From Squalus acanthias (lineage: Eukaryota): 64,000 nt of DNA. Positions 12,356 to 25,770 of this stretch are shown here, piece after piece (the first letter of the stretch is position 1; each line of letters begins with the position of its first letter). The notes beneath the pieces are model-generated. The model was not told where the DNA came from and did not search any database. It was given only the letters and a program-made list of their open reading frames with translations. The position numbers and the translations under genes are program-made. The stretch lies in assembly GCA_030390025.1 (NCBI GenBank), contig CM059425.1, positions 176,702,001 through 176,766,000 of the forward strand, given 5' to 3'.

Positions 12356-13250
12356 GGGGGAAAAATTCAGTATCGCCCCGTTTGGGGCGCAATTATTGGC
12401 CGGGCGCAAAGATTAGCGTCTGGCGCTAATTATCGCCTCCGACTGCAAACTTGACTTTTATCGCCCCTGGAGGTGATTGGAGCGCTAAATCAGGCGCTAC
12501 ACATCTGTCTTAAGGCGCAAAGGCCGAGGAGCGAGGCGCTAACTCAGAGCGCTGGCGAAGCTCATGAGATGTCAGTCAGCAATGGAACACAGACACAATG
12601 GCCCCGGCCAGTTCTTAAAGGGGAGGGTTGATCTTGCTTTCCATCCACATCCTGCTCATTGCAGCCTTGAATCTCAGCCTGGAGAGACCTGTACATCAAA
12701 TCTGCTGGAAATAACAATGGAGAGGCCCAGGGAAAGAGCTCAGAGTGCAGCCCCCACAGTCTCTTCTAAATCGATACAAGGAAGGGAAAATCAAAATGAA
12801 CCTGCAAAGTGCTGCTCAGTACCCAAAACTCCTTCACACAGCGTTGAATCTCTCCAGAAGTCTCTCGCTCTCTCTCTCTCAGAATGCGTGGTTCAAAAAT
12901 GTCGCCAACAAAAAAAGGCAGGAAGCGGTCGCCTTTAAATAGCGCTCCCCCAGCCCCTTCCTGACTGCAAAACGCTCCCCTCAACCTGTCTTTGCTAGCG
13001 GCAGGCGGTAAGGCAGGGGGCGCCACTCAATATCCGCTCCGGGGCGCTACCGGGGCGTTGCGCACTCGACTGACGTCACGATCTGCCGGCGCAGGGGATC
13101 GTGGCGGTACTGTTTAGCGCCGCCGCAAAATGTCTAGTTAATTTCGCGAGCGGCGCAAACATCGCTGCGCCCGGGCGCTAGTTGCTTTGCGCCCCATTAG
13201 CGCCCTCTTAAGGCGCTAACGGGAGGCTCAACCAACTGAATTTTTCCCCC
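12356..13250 (+). mobile_element. MITE derived from the Harbinger A family, copy 1
   Basis: TIR GGGGGAAAAATTCAG at both ends, TSD CTT; colinear with 3892-4279 joined to about 7737-8220. Confidence 0.95.
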
Positions 13251-13383
13251 CTTGTGTCACCTGAAGTCCTCAAGTTTATTACAAAGAAGTTGTAGGTTCC
13301 ATCAGCCACAGCGTTATAATATAAAGGCAGCATCAGATATCATTGGTGGTATTGAGCAGTGCAGCTTAATCACAAAAATAAAT

Positions 13384-13508
13384 GCTGGGAAGTTCCTCAG
13401 GGATACTCTCAATCGGCCATTGTATCTTCGGTGTAAAATCGATGGAAGCCGCATATATGCAGTGTATCTGCGGTTTCTGCTGAAGTTACAGATCGGGAGA
13501 ATCCCAGC
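13384..13508. mobile_element. Short MITE-like element
   Basis: Inverted ends GCTGGGA...TCCCAGC, similar to 17662-17817. Confidence 0.45.
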
Positions 13509-16500
13509 GGATATTCTCAGTGCAAGTGTGGTGCTAACCAGTGCCATCTGCATATGTTGGTAACTCAGCCTATCCTGTCTGAGTTAATCTAAGTTTGAAG
13601 CTCAGCGATGTTCAGAGAAATGGAACTTCTGACTCCTGTATCTTGGCTTCATTTGAAATTGAGACTGTATGAATTTGTTTACCAGTCTATACCATTGCTA
13701 GGGCCCATTTGTGACAAAACAGGGACATTCAGCTCTTTATTTCGTACATGTTTGAAATAACTGGATCGAAATTGGTAACTCTCTTTCTTCCTTTACCAAA
13801 TTTCAAAATCAAGGTCTACAGGATTAGGCCAGGGCGATTGATCTGGAATTGAGATATTTTGTCCTTAATGTCATTTGAATAAGACATTATAAAGGTCTCA
13901 AAATCCAGACAAGTGAGCACCTGTTCATTGGTATTTATGCAATATTCATACTATTATGTCTTTAATCACAAATGACTGACAGCTCTGATTTCAGAGGTCT
14001 TTGAACTGGACATTTATTGGCGAATTCTGGCAGGAAATCTGAACTTTGTGGATGAATTAAGATTCATCTCCGCATGGGTTCTCCCACTCGCCGCTGTAAC
14101 TACGGAAACTCCAAAAGAATTGCGTTAGCAGGGTTTATGCCATTGTCCGGGGTTTCTGCAGCTCTTCCGCTGACGCTATGGGAGAATCCCGATGGGAACT
14201 TAGCCCCCAAGAAACAAACCTGACTTATCAGAATCTGTAAGAAACACATTCTAAAAACGGCAAATTCATCTGCTTTGGATCAATTGTTTTTTAAGTATTG
14301 CACTGGTTCAGTATCTTACTGTTTCATTGGGCTTCTGTGCATTAATTAATCTGTAAATAAATCTGATCAAGTACTTTTAGCCTGGCCTGGTATTTCCATC
14401 TTTCAGGAGAGCTAGGAGAACATGTTGGGAATCCAACTGAATCTCCAGTGAACTATAAAACACAAATGGGATTTAATTGTTAAACATGGCCATGTTAAAA
14501 TATTGTCACAAATTGAGATTATTTGGCCATTTGTTTCACAGAATGAACTTGGACATGAGTTATGTTAAAGTGTTTTTCTTTTTAGAAAAATCTTGCTTAA
14601 AAGGGATTATCTTCCCAAAACAGCCTCATGCTGTGTTGTGGATTAATAGATAGATGAATGGTCATTATAATGTTAGATGGGAAGTTCTTTCAGGAACTCA
14701 AATAATGTATGATTCCTTGGCCAGGTCTGGTTATTCAGGAGGACACTTCGCACCTTGGTGTTGGGAACCTTTTTAAATTTCTGTGAGGGCTGACACCAAG
14801 AGGGAGTCGAGCAGCAGAAGGCTGTAAAGGGACAAATTATAATGTCCTGGGCAATAAGATGGTACAGAGAGGTTGTACTATTAAATGGAGTTATATGACC
14901 CATCAGAGCGTGGTAGCACTGGCATGTTCTTTATTTTTATAAAATTACGTGGAGAAATTGTGCCAATTGTATCAAGCGACTCTTGTCAATCTCATTGTTC
15001 TGAATATTTTACCTACTGTGAAATAAAGCACATTAAGATTTGAACCAATCTTTGCCTCACCCAGTGTTAAGTCAGTCCACCTTTAGAGAGATTGAAGGAG
15101 TACATGTGTGTCACACACAGAAATCCAGTCCAGATCAGAAAGGAGTTTCATTGTTACACTCCTGAGTCCTACTACCACATCAGTAGCTATATGGCAATGA
15201 TAATCAACTTCCATAAAATGTAGGCACTCTGACCACTTGAGAGTAACTGATACCACCATACCCGAGTAGCTATCTACGGTAGTCCCAACTTTGTAACACC
15301 TATACTGAGCATGTATACAGACGTAGCATTTGGATCATAGGAAAGTGTCTGCTTCTGGAAACTGATTTTCGGCCTGAACAGAAGACAAAAGTGTCAAGAT
15401 CCTATTTCTTATGTTCTTATAAGAAAATTCCTGTAACATAACACAGTTTATCAGCTAATACTATTTCTGGGGCCACATTCATAGAATGCATTGTATATTT
15501 AATTCATGTGTCTATCAAACAGCCCCTCCCCACAGCATAAACAAGCACCAGTCTATACTGAAATTGATAAAACGAGTTGGCTCAGCGAGTGATGTGACTG
15601 TCAGTGACAATAAGTCCACCCACCTAATGCTGCAAATTGTAATGACTTTGAGCTACTTCACTGCACAGATCAAACCATCAAACATTATTAGATCTGGTTT
15701 CTGCATTACGGAGCTAGAATATATACACCAACATATATATGTATGTATAGCTGACAAGTCCACTATCAACCTATAACAAAAAGTGGTGGTATTTACTGAA
15801 GTGTGAAAATCAGGTATGAGTATTTCATGCTGTTATCTTTACTTGTTTGATCTTCTAAACTAGCTTGAAGGTAATTAAATGCTCTCCAACATAAAGAGAA
15901 CATCAGATCAGTTGCCACCACTAACAATGCTTTTGCTGAAACATTCACTTGTAATGGGTCTCATTGAATTCCCTTTCAAACAAACTATCATGGCATGGCT
16001 GGACACAATTCCCTCTATATTTACTAGTACCTTCTGTCACCATAGCCATTCTGTTTTTCACTGACTGACAACATCTCTGAATAACATACCAGCTAACCCA
16101 ATTAGAATATCAAGTTGCCATTTTTGCACCTCCCCATCCCATCTTTACAACCCTGCTTAATTTTATGCACTATATTTTCTTATAAAATATTATATCATAC
16201 CATTATCTTTGAGGACAATCAATTTAACTGAAGTGAGGGATCGGGGTTGGGGGGGTGGTGGAGGGGGGCGGGGGAGATTGAAAACCTTTAAGATGGTAAT
16301 AACCACAGATCTCGAACAGAATGTTGTAATCATTATTATCAATCTGTGAGGTCTTCTTCAAATCCACCCACACATCACTTATGATTTTCTGTGTTCCCTT
16401 GGTGCTTGTTCTGCAATAGTCGCTGCTCTGACAGTGCTGTTAAGAGCTTCCTGTTATTTTATTGTTGTGTCATGATTGCTTGAATAATCACTTCAACAGT

Positions 16501-17199
16501 AAATCATCTGATATCTGCCAGGTTTATAATTGGGTGAATTGCAATTGGTTAGAGCATTTGTTGACCCTGGAATTGTTCATTAATGCTTGAAATACAAACT
16601 GATTTGGCTGTATAGATTCCTGATTCTGAAATGCAGAGACTACTGTTTTATGTTTGGAAAATCGACAAAGGCTTGAAACTATTGAAAATTGCAAGTCCAC
16701 TAAACAAAGATTAATGTAGATAGAAGCACACAGGAGTCCTGTATAAAGCAGTCATATAGGGGAGAAAGCATTGGTTTAGAGCACCATCCTTTTGAAACTA
16801 TGCAAACTGATAGAATGGAAGTCTTGTCCTGCACAGAAGCACTAACTTGGCCACAAGACTGTGGGAGAAGGATTGAAGCTCATTGTATATCTGCAATTAA
16901 ATGGGAAGGCCATAATACCATTCTTTCTTGCTTACATCGACCATTTAGCCTGTACTCAAATTCTGCAAAACTGTTGCGTAATTGAAATTTCAGTCTTGAA
17001 TAGTCTTTGCAAAATTCCACCAGTCAGATGCTGTCCAGACCAGAGCATTTCTTGGAATCCAAGTCATTGATGCAAATTAGAAGCAGCAGTAGTCGCAATA
17101 TTGAGCCTGGGGACACCTTGCTAGTACTGCTCTCCATCTTGATATTACCCCTATAAGCAGTACCTTTTGTTTTCTAAACTTCAGCCAATTTCTTATCCA

Positions 17200-18380
17200 T
17201 CCCCAAGTTTTACGCTGAATCCCCACAGCTTTAAGTTTAATTAGTTACCTTTCATGTGAAACTTTATCAAATGGCTTTTGGAAGTCTAAGTACAGAATGT
17301 CATTGGGTTTACCACAGTTGATTGGGTTGTCAATTCCTGAAAGAAATCAAAGTGGCTGGTTAGGCAAGAACTTCACAATCTAAAGCCGGGTTGACTGCTG
17401 TTTGCTAGATTCTTGTAATACAGATAGTCCTCAAGTTTACTCATGATAATCAATTCTATTATTTCACACAGATTTAATGTAAGACTAATGGGTCTGTAGT
17501 TGTGTGACTGTTTTTTCCACCTTTTTCAATATGGGTACCATATTAGCCTACTTTCAATTCACCGGTACCTCCCTAGTGTCTATTGACTCCCTCATAATGA
17601 TTGTCAGTGCCTCATAAATCTCCTCGCTAGTCTGTCTCAACATTCTGGGATAAATATAGGTGCTGGGAATTTCCTCTGTGGTTCTCCTGATCGGCTGTCA
17701 TACCTTTAGCAGAAGATCAAGAGAACCCCGGATAAATTGTGTAAATGGAGTTTCCGCTAATCTTCCACCAAAATTACGCGGTGACCAATTAGGAAAATCC
17801 CTGAGGAAATTCCTGGCGAATGTATCCCTGTGGATTTATTTGTTTGAAGCCCTTTCAGCTTGTCTAGCACTTCATCTCATTTATATCGTCGTCCTGAATT
17901 TTGACTTGATACTCTTTTTTGTGGGGAGGGGGTGTTGTCCATGTCTTCCCTTGTGAATACCTGGAGAAAGTCATTGGTCAGATTGTTTACTATGTTATGC
18001 TTCTCCTCAGTTTCAGGTCTATTTGCATTTTTTTAATGTTCTTCGCTGACAATTCTTTCTATTGTAGTACTGAAATAATTAATTTACTGTTATGTTTTGC
18101 CTCTGCAAATATATTTTTGACCAACCTCTCTTTGCCCCTCTATTACCCTTTTAACTTGTTTCTATGTGATCTTATATTCATCCCAGTGAGCCCATTCTCA
18201 TTTCTTCCTGCAGGTTTCTAGAGGTAATTTTTTACTTCATTTCCATTTTAATTTGTTTGTTTAGTCTGAGCTTGTTGATCTTGGTTATGAACTTGTCATG
18301 CATGTCCAGCATTATTCCCTTAAAGGTGTTCCATTTGTCTTCCACTAAAATGTTGTTAACCATCCTCCTCCAATCCAACA
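17200..18380 (-). mobile_element. Old degenerate CR1 ORF2 fragment, interrupted by a MITE at 17662-17817
   Basis: Minus strand reads LYLDFQKPFDKV and NYRPISLT; the MITE has TIRs GCTGGGAATTTCCTC and GAGGAAATTCCTGGC. Confidence 0.7.
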
Positions 18381-19072
18381 GTAAATCATCTGATTTAAAT
18401 CGTTCCTCATCTCTTTGAATTGAGCCCTTTTAAAGGTATAAATCTTGATCCTGATCTTAGGTTTAATTGGATCCCAGTTCATATTAAATCATTCTGTGGT
18501 CACTGTCCCCCTGGGGTGCTATGGCTTTCATTTCCTGTACCTTGTTTGAGTCAGTTACAAGTGCCAGGTCAAGATGAGCACAAGCAGAGTTTCGACCTGA
18601 AACGTTAACTCTCTTTCTCTCTCCACGGATGTTGTCTGGCCTGCTGAGTTTTTCCAGCGTTTTCTGTTGTTATTTTGAGCACAAGCTCTCCTGCCCTCCC
18701 TTACTTACTGGGTCATGAAGCAGGTGATCAGAACCACTGGTTTTCCATTTCAATAGAAAAACCAACAGAATTGTGGAATAACATCTCCATATTATATGAA
18801 ATCCCAAATAATAAAAATGGAACTTGACTTATAAACCTAGATTATCAGTGTTATTTTAACAGTCGTTAACCTGTTTAAAATAAATGAAGTAATGCTGGTG
18901 TTAAAATATTGCCATTCAGAAAGTTTAGGCTATATTGTCTGTCATCATAACTAGTGCCCTTTGTATATTACAGGCAACACTATTGCTTTTCGGTTTTCAT
19001 GGAAAAACATAAGCCACAGAATGCAATCTCCAAAATCCCAGAACCCCATGTAATAAAAACAGATTCTGACTT

Positions 19073-19210
19073 ACATAAGAAACATAAGAAATAGGAGCAG
19101 GAGTAGGCCATTTGGCCCTTCGAGCCTGCTCCGCCATTCAATAAGATCATGGCTGATCTTCTACCTCATCTCCACTTTCCTGCACTATCTCCATATCCCT
19201 TGATTCCCTT
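19073..19210 (-). mobile_element. CR1 3' end fragment
   Basis: Reverse tail acataagaaacataagaa followed by the CR1 3' UTR. Confidence 0.8.
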
Positions 19211-19940
19211 ATTCAGTCACCATAAACCAGATGCCCTGCAAATGATTATTTCCCATAAGTCTTTTTCTGTAGTTATGATGGGTCTTTTTCTATTAACTGC
19301 CATGCTTTATCTTGCTTCATGATGATGCATTGACTTTAAAGTAAATGATTACTGGAATATATTGAATGGGCGATTGCAACCCTTTTTGTGTAACTGTTTT
19401 GCTTAGATGAGTACAGCACTTGACATCTGTCGTTACTTGGCAAGATGCAAAACAGATCTCTCCCTCCCTGTTTATATTGTGGCTAAAGGACTGGAATAAG
19501 TAACTGTATCCACCTCTTACAAGTGCAGTATAAGGTTAAGCCTGTAATTTGTAAATGAATACAGATCTTCAGTATCTTTAGCATGTCCTGTAATCCTCGT
19601 TTCTTCTCTGTTTTAACTTCAATATATGAAAGCAACATCTTTTAGCTAACTCAGCAGGAATTTAATGCAATAGCAAGTCTAACAGGGATTCTTAAAGAAA
19701 GGGAAATTCTTTTAAATAATAAATTCATAGAACTAGGAAGCTGAAATAAGTGACAAAAATCCAAAGCAACCCAAAATGAGCCACTTCAGCTTAATTCACA
19801 CAAAAATTATGCTCAATTTGGTTTCTCAATTTGGATCGTTTGAGTTGGAGGTTTGGGTTTGGGTCAGCCACCAGTTCAATGACAATTCACACATATAGAT
19901 ACAATGGGGATCATTTTGGCTCTGCGATAGTGTAAAATCC

Positions 19941-20378
19941 AGCCCACTTGATTGGCACCCCATCCACCACCTTAAACATTCACTCCCTCCACCACCGGCG
20001 TACCGTGGTTGCAGTGTGTACCATCTACAAGATGCACTGCAGCAACTCGCCAAGGCTTCTTCGGCAGCACCTCCCAAACCCGCGACCTCTTCCACCTATA
20101 AGGACAAGGGCAGCAGGCACATGGGAACACCACCACCTCCAAGTTCCACTCCAAGTCACACACCATCCTGACTTAGAACTATATCGCCGATCCTTCATCG
20201 TCGCTGGGCCAAAATCCTGGAACTCCCTACCTAACAGCACTGTGGGAGTACCTTCACCACACGGACTGCAGTGGTTCAAGAAGGCGACTCACCACCACCT
20301 TCTCGAGGGCAATTAGGGATGGGCAATAAATGCTGGCCTTGCCAGCGACGCCCACATCCCATAAATGAATTTAAAAAA
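19941..20378 (+). mobile_element. 3' fragment of a non-LTR retrotransposon (clade unresolved) inserted in a small MITE (about 19907-20469)
   Basis: SLHHRRTV...IYKMHC...WNSLP...FKK C-terminal LINE motifs, AATAAA and A tail; a second copy lies at 54350-54693. Confidence 0.75.
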
Positions 20379-23073
20379 CGAGTGATAGCAAATCAGCAGC
20401 CCGTTTTACATCTCTCCCGAGATTGACTTCAACGGAAATGAAAATTGCAAAAGATGCAAAATTACCCCCAATGTGTGTTCCATGCTTAAGATGACCATTT
20501 ATTATATTCAAATTCTGCTGAAGTGCAATGTATTGAGCAGTGACAAAAAGCCGAAGGTGGATGAAAGGCAGATGAGAAGACTGGTTTGGACTGATTTTTG
20601 ATGTGAAGTTGTATTCATGAATTAAGTACCAGTTGCTAGATATTTAATCATGTTCAGCTCTGTATATATATTAATTTCCACCCATACTTTCAAATATTTA
20701 ATAATGTTGAATGCAGTGACATTCCTACTATCTTACATAGTCCTAGCCTAAATCTAGATGCCTTAATGACACTATAGCATTTTATTAAATTCCGATACTG
20801 CTGACCTTGAGCTCCTAGTTTACCCTTCAGCAGAGCTATGAAGAGATTCTACGTTTTCTGCATCTGTTTCTGATATTTCCTGCAGTTTGGACTTTCCACT
20901 TGAGGATTGACTGTTGTCATTATAGAGAAGAAGCAATTTTAGATGTATCTCAACATAAGTATCCCCATAGAGTTTTATTAAAGTTGGGTTTTCTAAGGAA
21001 GGGTGGAAATTGCTAGAAATTGTAACACATCCATCTTGTGGTCTCACATTAAAAAACAAGGGAAATGGGAACTTCTCTCATGTAGCAAAGCAATATCCTG
21101 TTATGTTCTCAGGAAGTATTGTTGGGAGTGGTCTTTATGTTCAGCTAAAGCTATTCAAATTAAAAATTATGAATTGTATTAAAATTTAAAGACAATTGTT
21201 CAAAATCTAAACAGGAAATGAACAAAATGTGAAGGTTATGGGCTAAAAATACATTTGCCCCCGAAAACGGACACGGAGATCGTGATGCATGATAATCCCG
21301 CACCCGTTCAAAGGAATGCAGGCAGCACGCTAACTTTGTGCAGCCTGCTGATTAGCATGATTGCGGCATTCAGCCAAGCACTGAATGCGCTGCTGAGAGG
21401 CTGAACGCTCAGCAGGGGCCCCAAGTTCGTGCGAGGCTAGCTCCAATTAAAGCTAGCCTGCACTTCTTAAAGGCAGCCTGCAACTCGTAAAGGGAGGTGC
21501 ATTCTGCCTGCAGCAGGTGATTCAACTGGCTGGGGAAGAGAGGGAGTGGAGGAGAAAACACCAGTGATGTCACAGCAGTGGAGAGCATGTGCCAAGTTTC
21601 TCCGATGCAGCACTGGAGGCCTTGGTGCAGGAGGTCAATTCGAGGTGAGAGGTCCTGTTTCCACAGGGGGCCAGGAGGCCCTCCAAACAAATATGTAAAA
21701 TCCAATGGGAGCAGATAGCCACTGTGCTGAATGCCAGGACCTGGACGCAGTGCAGGAAGAAGTTTAATGACCTCAAATGAATGGTCAAGGTCAGTGAATT
21801 CATCTTCAAATGCCATATCCCACCATTTGCGTCATTAGTCTCACACACTGCTCAATGCACCACGCCCCCATCAGTCACCTTCCAACAATCTCTACCAAAC
21901 ACAACTCATATCTCACATTTATAGTTTCACCTCACCCTCACACACTTATTGCTGTTGCAAGCCTCACACCCACATCTCACACCTTGCACACAATGTCATC
22001 TATTCAACCATAGCACGCATATCACCCAAACACATTGCACCACACTCACTGGCACATTTCCCTTTCTCTTGCAGGAAGAGGTAGCTCACAACAGGCGCCA
22101 GCAGGACCTAACCAGTGGGGGATAGGCGCGCCTGTATAACCTGAACCCCATGGAGGAGACAGTGCTGGCCATTATTGGGAGGGGCATCGCTGAGCCCATG
22201 GCCAGCGGCAGGGCTGAAAGAATACAAGATGCCAATATCCTCATACGTAATCCTCCTTTTCACATCCCACTTCCCCCTCATCCCACAATTTCTTCTGATT
22301 TACACGCTGCACATGGTATAAGCATGCACCTCTTGCAATCCCTCCTGCCCTTATGCCATTCTCCTTTCAGATAGCCAAGAACTGACACCTGGCTAGGCAC
22401 AGATAGAGGAGCATGAAATAGAAGAACACCAAGGCACTGATGATGAAGACACAGTACCATCACTCGATTCCACACTCGCAGCCACCAGCTCAAATACTGA
22501 CATTCCGCGTAGTTCAGAGGATAAGTTAAAGACGGGATCTGCACATGATGACACACCGGGCACAAATGGCCTGCAGCCAGGGCAGGGGGAAAGGGTAGTG
22601 CAGGTGCCAGCTCCCCGGAGGGCGAGGTCGCATACAAGTTCTACTGCAGAGGACTCAGATAAGGACTTTGATGGGGCCTACAGAAGAAGGCTGATGGGTA
22701 TGCACAATTAAATGCTTGGAGCATTGGCAGGCCTGCCAGAAAGCCTGAGTGCAATGTCAAGGAGCATGGAGGAGTCCGGCACCAACCTGGCACAGGGCTT
22801 TGTGCAGAGCTTGGAGCCCATGATTTCCAACATGGAAGTGATGGGCAACTCCATCAGTACACTTGTGGACCCAACCATGATGCACCATCTGATGGTTGAT
22901 GTCTCAGCTTCCATTGTAGCACAAGCAGAAGCCACCTGAGTGTGGAGGTGGAAGCTCAGACTTCTGTCTACAAGCTCAGACTGCTCTCATGCAGTTTCAG
23001 CTTGCTGCCACGCAAGCTCAGACTGCTGCCATCGTGGCTGCATTTACCAGTGTGGAAAGGGGCTTGCAGGCTG

Positions 23074-23593
23074 TGTGGAAGTGCAGTTTTTATCTCGGAC
23101 AAAATGGCTTCCTTGAGACAAACAAAAATACAAAATGGCCGACTCTGACTTGTTTGGAAAGCAAGAATCCGTTGTTATGTTTCTCATGAAGATGAATTTA
23201 AACTTGCAGACTATGTTGTTTTGCATTGTACAGAACATAACAGGCTTCTTCTAATCAACTTGAGATAACCAAGGGCTAGTGAAGTAAACAGCCAGGTGCC
23301 TTGGCCTTGGTAGAAGGAGAAGAACAGATAGATAGAGTCCATTTTGTAGAGATTAGCTAGTCTCATTGTAAGGCATTTCTTATGTTTTTTTAACTCGTAA
23401 CTTAGCTTACCTTAAACAACATGTCATGTGATATGGGAAGCTTGTGTTTTCAGTGTATAAGATCTTCCATTTTCTGTGATTCCTCAGTCTGTCGTCGTAG
23501 CTATTTGGCTATGGTTGCACTCTCCTTGAAAGTAAAGTAAATAACAAAGCCTTCTTGTTTAAAGAGTCTTACTCGGAAGTCGAAACTTCGACA
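23074..23593 (+). repeat. 5' LTR (520 bp)
   Basis: TGTGGAAG...CTTCGACA; TATAA near 23456; direct repeat of 30368-30897. Confidence 0.96.
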
Positions 23594-23601
23594 GTATTTC
23601 T

Positions 23602-23619
23602 TAGAGGTTCCACCGAGAT
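23602..23619 (+). promoter_or_regulatory. Primer binding site, tRNA-Gln
   Basis: TAGAGGTTCCACCGAGAT matches 17/18 of TGGAGGTTCCACCGAGAT, the complement of the vertebrate tRNA-Gln 3' end. Confidence 0.85.
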
Positions 23620-24313
23620 CGCTTGCTACCTTTCGGTAAGTCACGGACAAAAGACACCTAGAATTTCTAGTGACAAATCCTGAATGGCCACAGTGATGTT
23701 TTATCACAAAAAGGATTTCTCATTAGATACTGAATTGGTGTAGTCTGTTTCTTCTGACAGGAGTACTGCGATTGTTAAGACTCGTGTTTTAGATTTGAGT
23801 TGAATCTTGTAAGATTTTGATTTTTAACGTTGAAAAAAAAAGGGAGGAGGATACTGACGATACTCTCAAAACTATCGGGCAAAGGAGGCAAGGGAAAAAG
23901 TCGACAGGGTTGTATCCCGGACTGATAAAAGGTACCAGGTTATGAGAAAGCGCTAAAAGATTAAAACTGCAGTATCAAGGGTGGGCCCCTTGAGCCGTGA
24001 AAGAAGAAAAAAAAGAATCTCGCGGCAGAGTATAGAGTATAAGTTAAATGTTAAGGACTCAGTTTGTAGTGGAGAACAATGCAAAACTGAGAATTGACTA
24101 TTTGTTTAGTTTAAAGTATAAGGTTAAATGTTTGATTACTTGATTTGTTTGCCTGTTTGGGCTTTTACATCTTACTTATAATTGTCTTGATTGTTGTTAG
24201 TTCTTGTTATTGTCTTGTAGAACTTTGGATGGTCAGAAATAATCGTAAGGGGGTAAAGGTTGAAACTTGCGATTTAGAAGAAGAGTGCCTAGTATAATTA
24301 AAACTTTACTAAG

Positions 24314-25003
24314 ATGGGAGCTTCACAGAGTAAGATCCCAGAAAAAGGAACTCCAGCTTTTTACGTCTTCCAGAACTGTCTCGCAAATAGAGACCCACAA
24401 AGAAGAGGTAAAAAGTCATTAAATTGGTCAGCCTTTTCAGACTGGAAAAAGGAAGCAGAAAGGCGTAAGGACCGTAGTATACAAGCCAGTAGATCTGACA
24501 TTAAAAATAAGAGAAAAGACCCCGCGAGTAAATTGGCTAACCAAGATGAAGTTAGACAAATGACTTTAAGAATAGAAGCAATTATGGGGCAGCATTCTGG
24601 AATGACCAATGAAAATTACCAGATTTCTTTAATCAATGCCCTTGTAAATGGTCTCAGAACAGAACTTAAAGAACCACTGACTTTAGTCTGCCTAGATTGG
24701 AGACATAAAACAACTCCTGAATTGACACAAAGTCTGAAAGGAATTCAGGAGAGAAATAGGGACCAAAAGAATAAAGTTTCCCTCTTAATGGAGCAAGCAG
24801 CTTCCGCAACACCGACGGACCAGAATACTATTTATTCAATACAAGCAGACAATTTCTCTGGCCAACATGCCTTTCTCCTATCAGACAATGCCCCTATGAA
24901 CCTTTTAGGGAGAGATTTGCTATGCAAAATGCAAGCAACAATAATTTGTTCAGAAAAGGGATTACAGGTGTATGTAAAGGAATTTACCGACATTGAAATC
25001 TGA
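24314..25003 (+). CDS. gag: Internally deleted Gag-protease fusion ORF (229 aa)
   Basis: Myristoylation start MGASQS, capsid-like LINALVNGL, protease C-terminal NLLGRDLL; no CCHC knuckle and no DTG active site. Confidence 0.75.
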   Translation: MGASQSKIPEKGTPAFYVFQNCLANRDPQRRGKKSLNWSAFSDWKKEAERRKDRSIQASRSDIKNKRKDPASKLANQDEVRQMTLRIEAIMGQHSGMTNENYQISLINALVNGLRTELKEPLTLVCLDWRHKTTPELTQSLKGIQERNRDQKNKVSLLMEQAASATPTDQNTIYSIQADNFSGQHAFLLSDNAPMNLLGRDLLCKMQATIICSEKGLQVYVKEFTDIEI

Positions 25004-25648
25004 AAGGAATGTAAAAAAAAGAAATTTAAAGTTTTACCGGCATGGAAGTTATTAATGTCTGTGCCGAGATAAAAGCTAATACGCAAGATTTGTTGAGTGA
25101 AAGGAATCTTAAAAGGAATACTGGGATCTCAGTTTGTGTGAAAGTTGGGTGAAAGTGTAAGTGAAAAGAGTGAAAGTTTTCCATGGCTGTGAATGTTTAA
25201 GTTTGTTAAGTTACAGTATTATTTTGTCTGAAAAATCTGCCTAAAAAAAAGGTGTCTGTCATTTTTGTTTATGTTTTAGCTCCACCCACTCTTTTGTACA
25301 GAGAGCTAAAAAGCTGTTTAACCCTTTGAAGACTTGTCTTGAATGATAATCAAGCGTTGTTGGTTTAAGTTTGTTAATTGTTTTACAAAAGAAGTATAAG
25401 CTTCAGCCTTGAAGTCACAATTGCCAATGTGCCTGGAAAGAAAATTAATTTGAATGTTTACAAGGCATGGGTAATTGTTTCTTTGTTAATGTGACTATGG
25501 TTTCTTTCTTTTCCAACTGACACTGGTTAGTTTTTTTTTTAATTGATCTGGATTGAATTGGAATTATTGAGGTTAATTAACCTATTAAAAACCAGACTTT
25601 CATTGTGCACGGTGAAATTCTGGTTGGTGTAAATTTGTGTAGACCACA

Positions 25649-25770
25649 TTGAATAAGATATTTAATGGTCTGAAACCAGATTTTGAAATATTTACAGTCT
25701 TGGATACAGAATGGGTTCTGGTCCATACCATTGGCAGAGGAATCACAAGCGAAATTCGCCTTTACTGTCA
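25649..25770 (+). pseudogene. pol: Reverse transcriptase fragment
   Basis: With one frameshift it reads IFTVLD-x-QNGFWSIPLAEESQAKFAFTV. Confidence 0.75.

Noticed and set aside
12564..12938. Recurrent ~120-aa ORF in the three MITEs
   Set aside because: It consists of 5' UTR, nine Myb codons and antisense transposase leader; recurrence reflects recent copying and the C-termini differ with (CT)n slippage.
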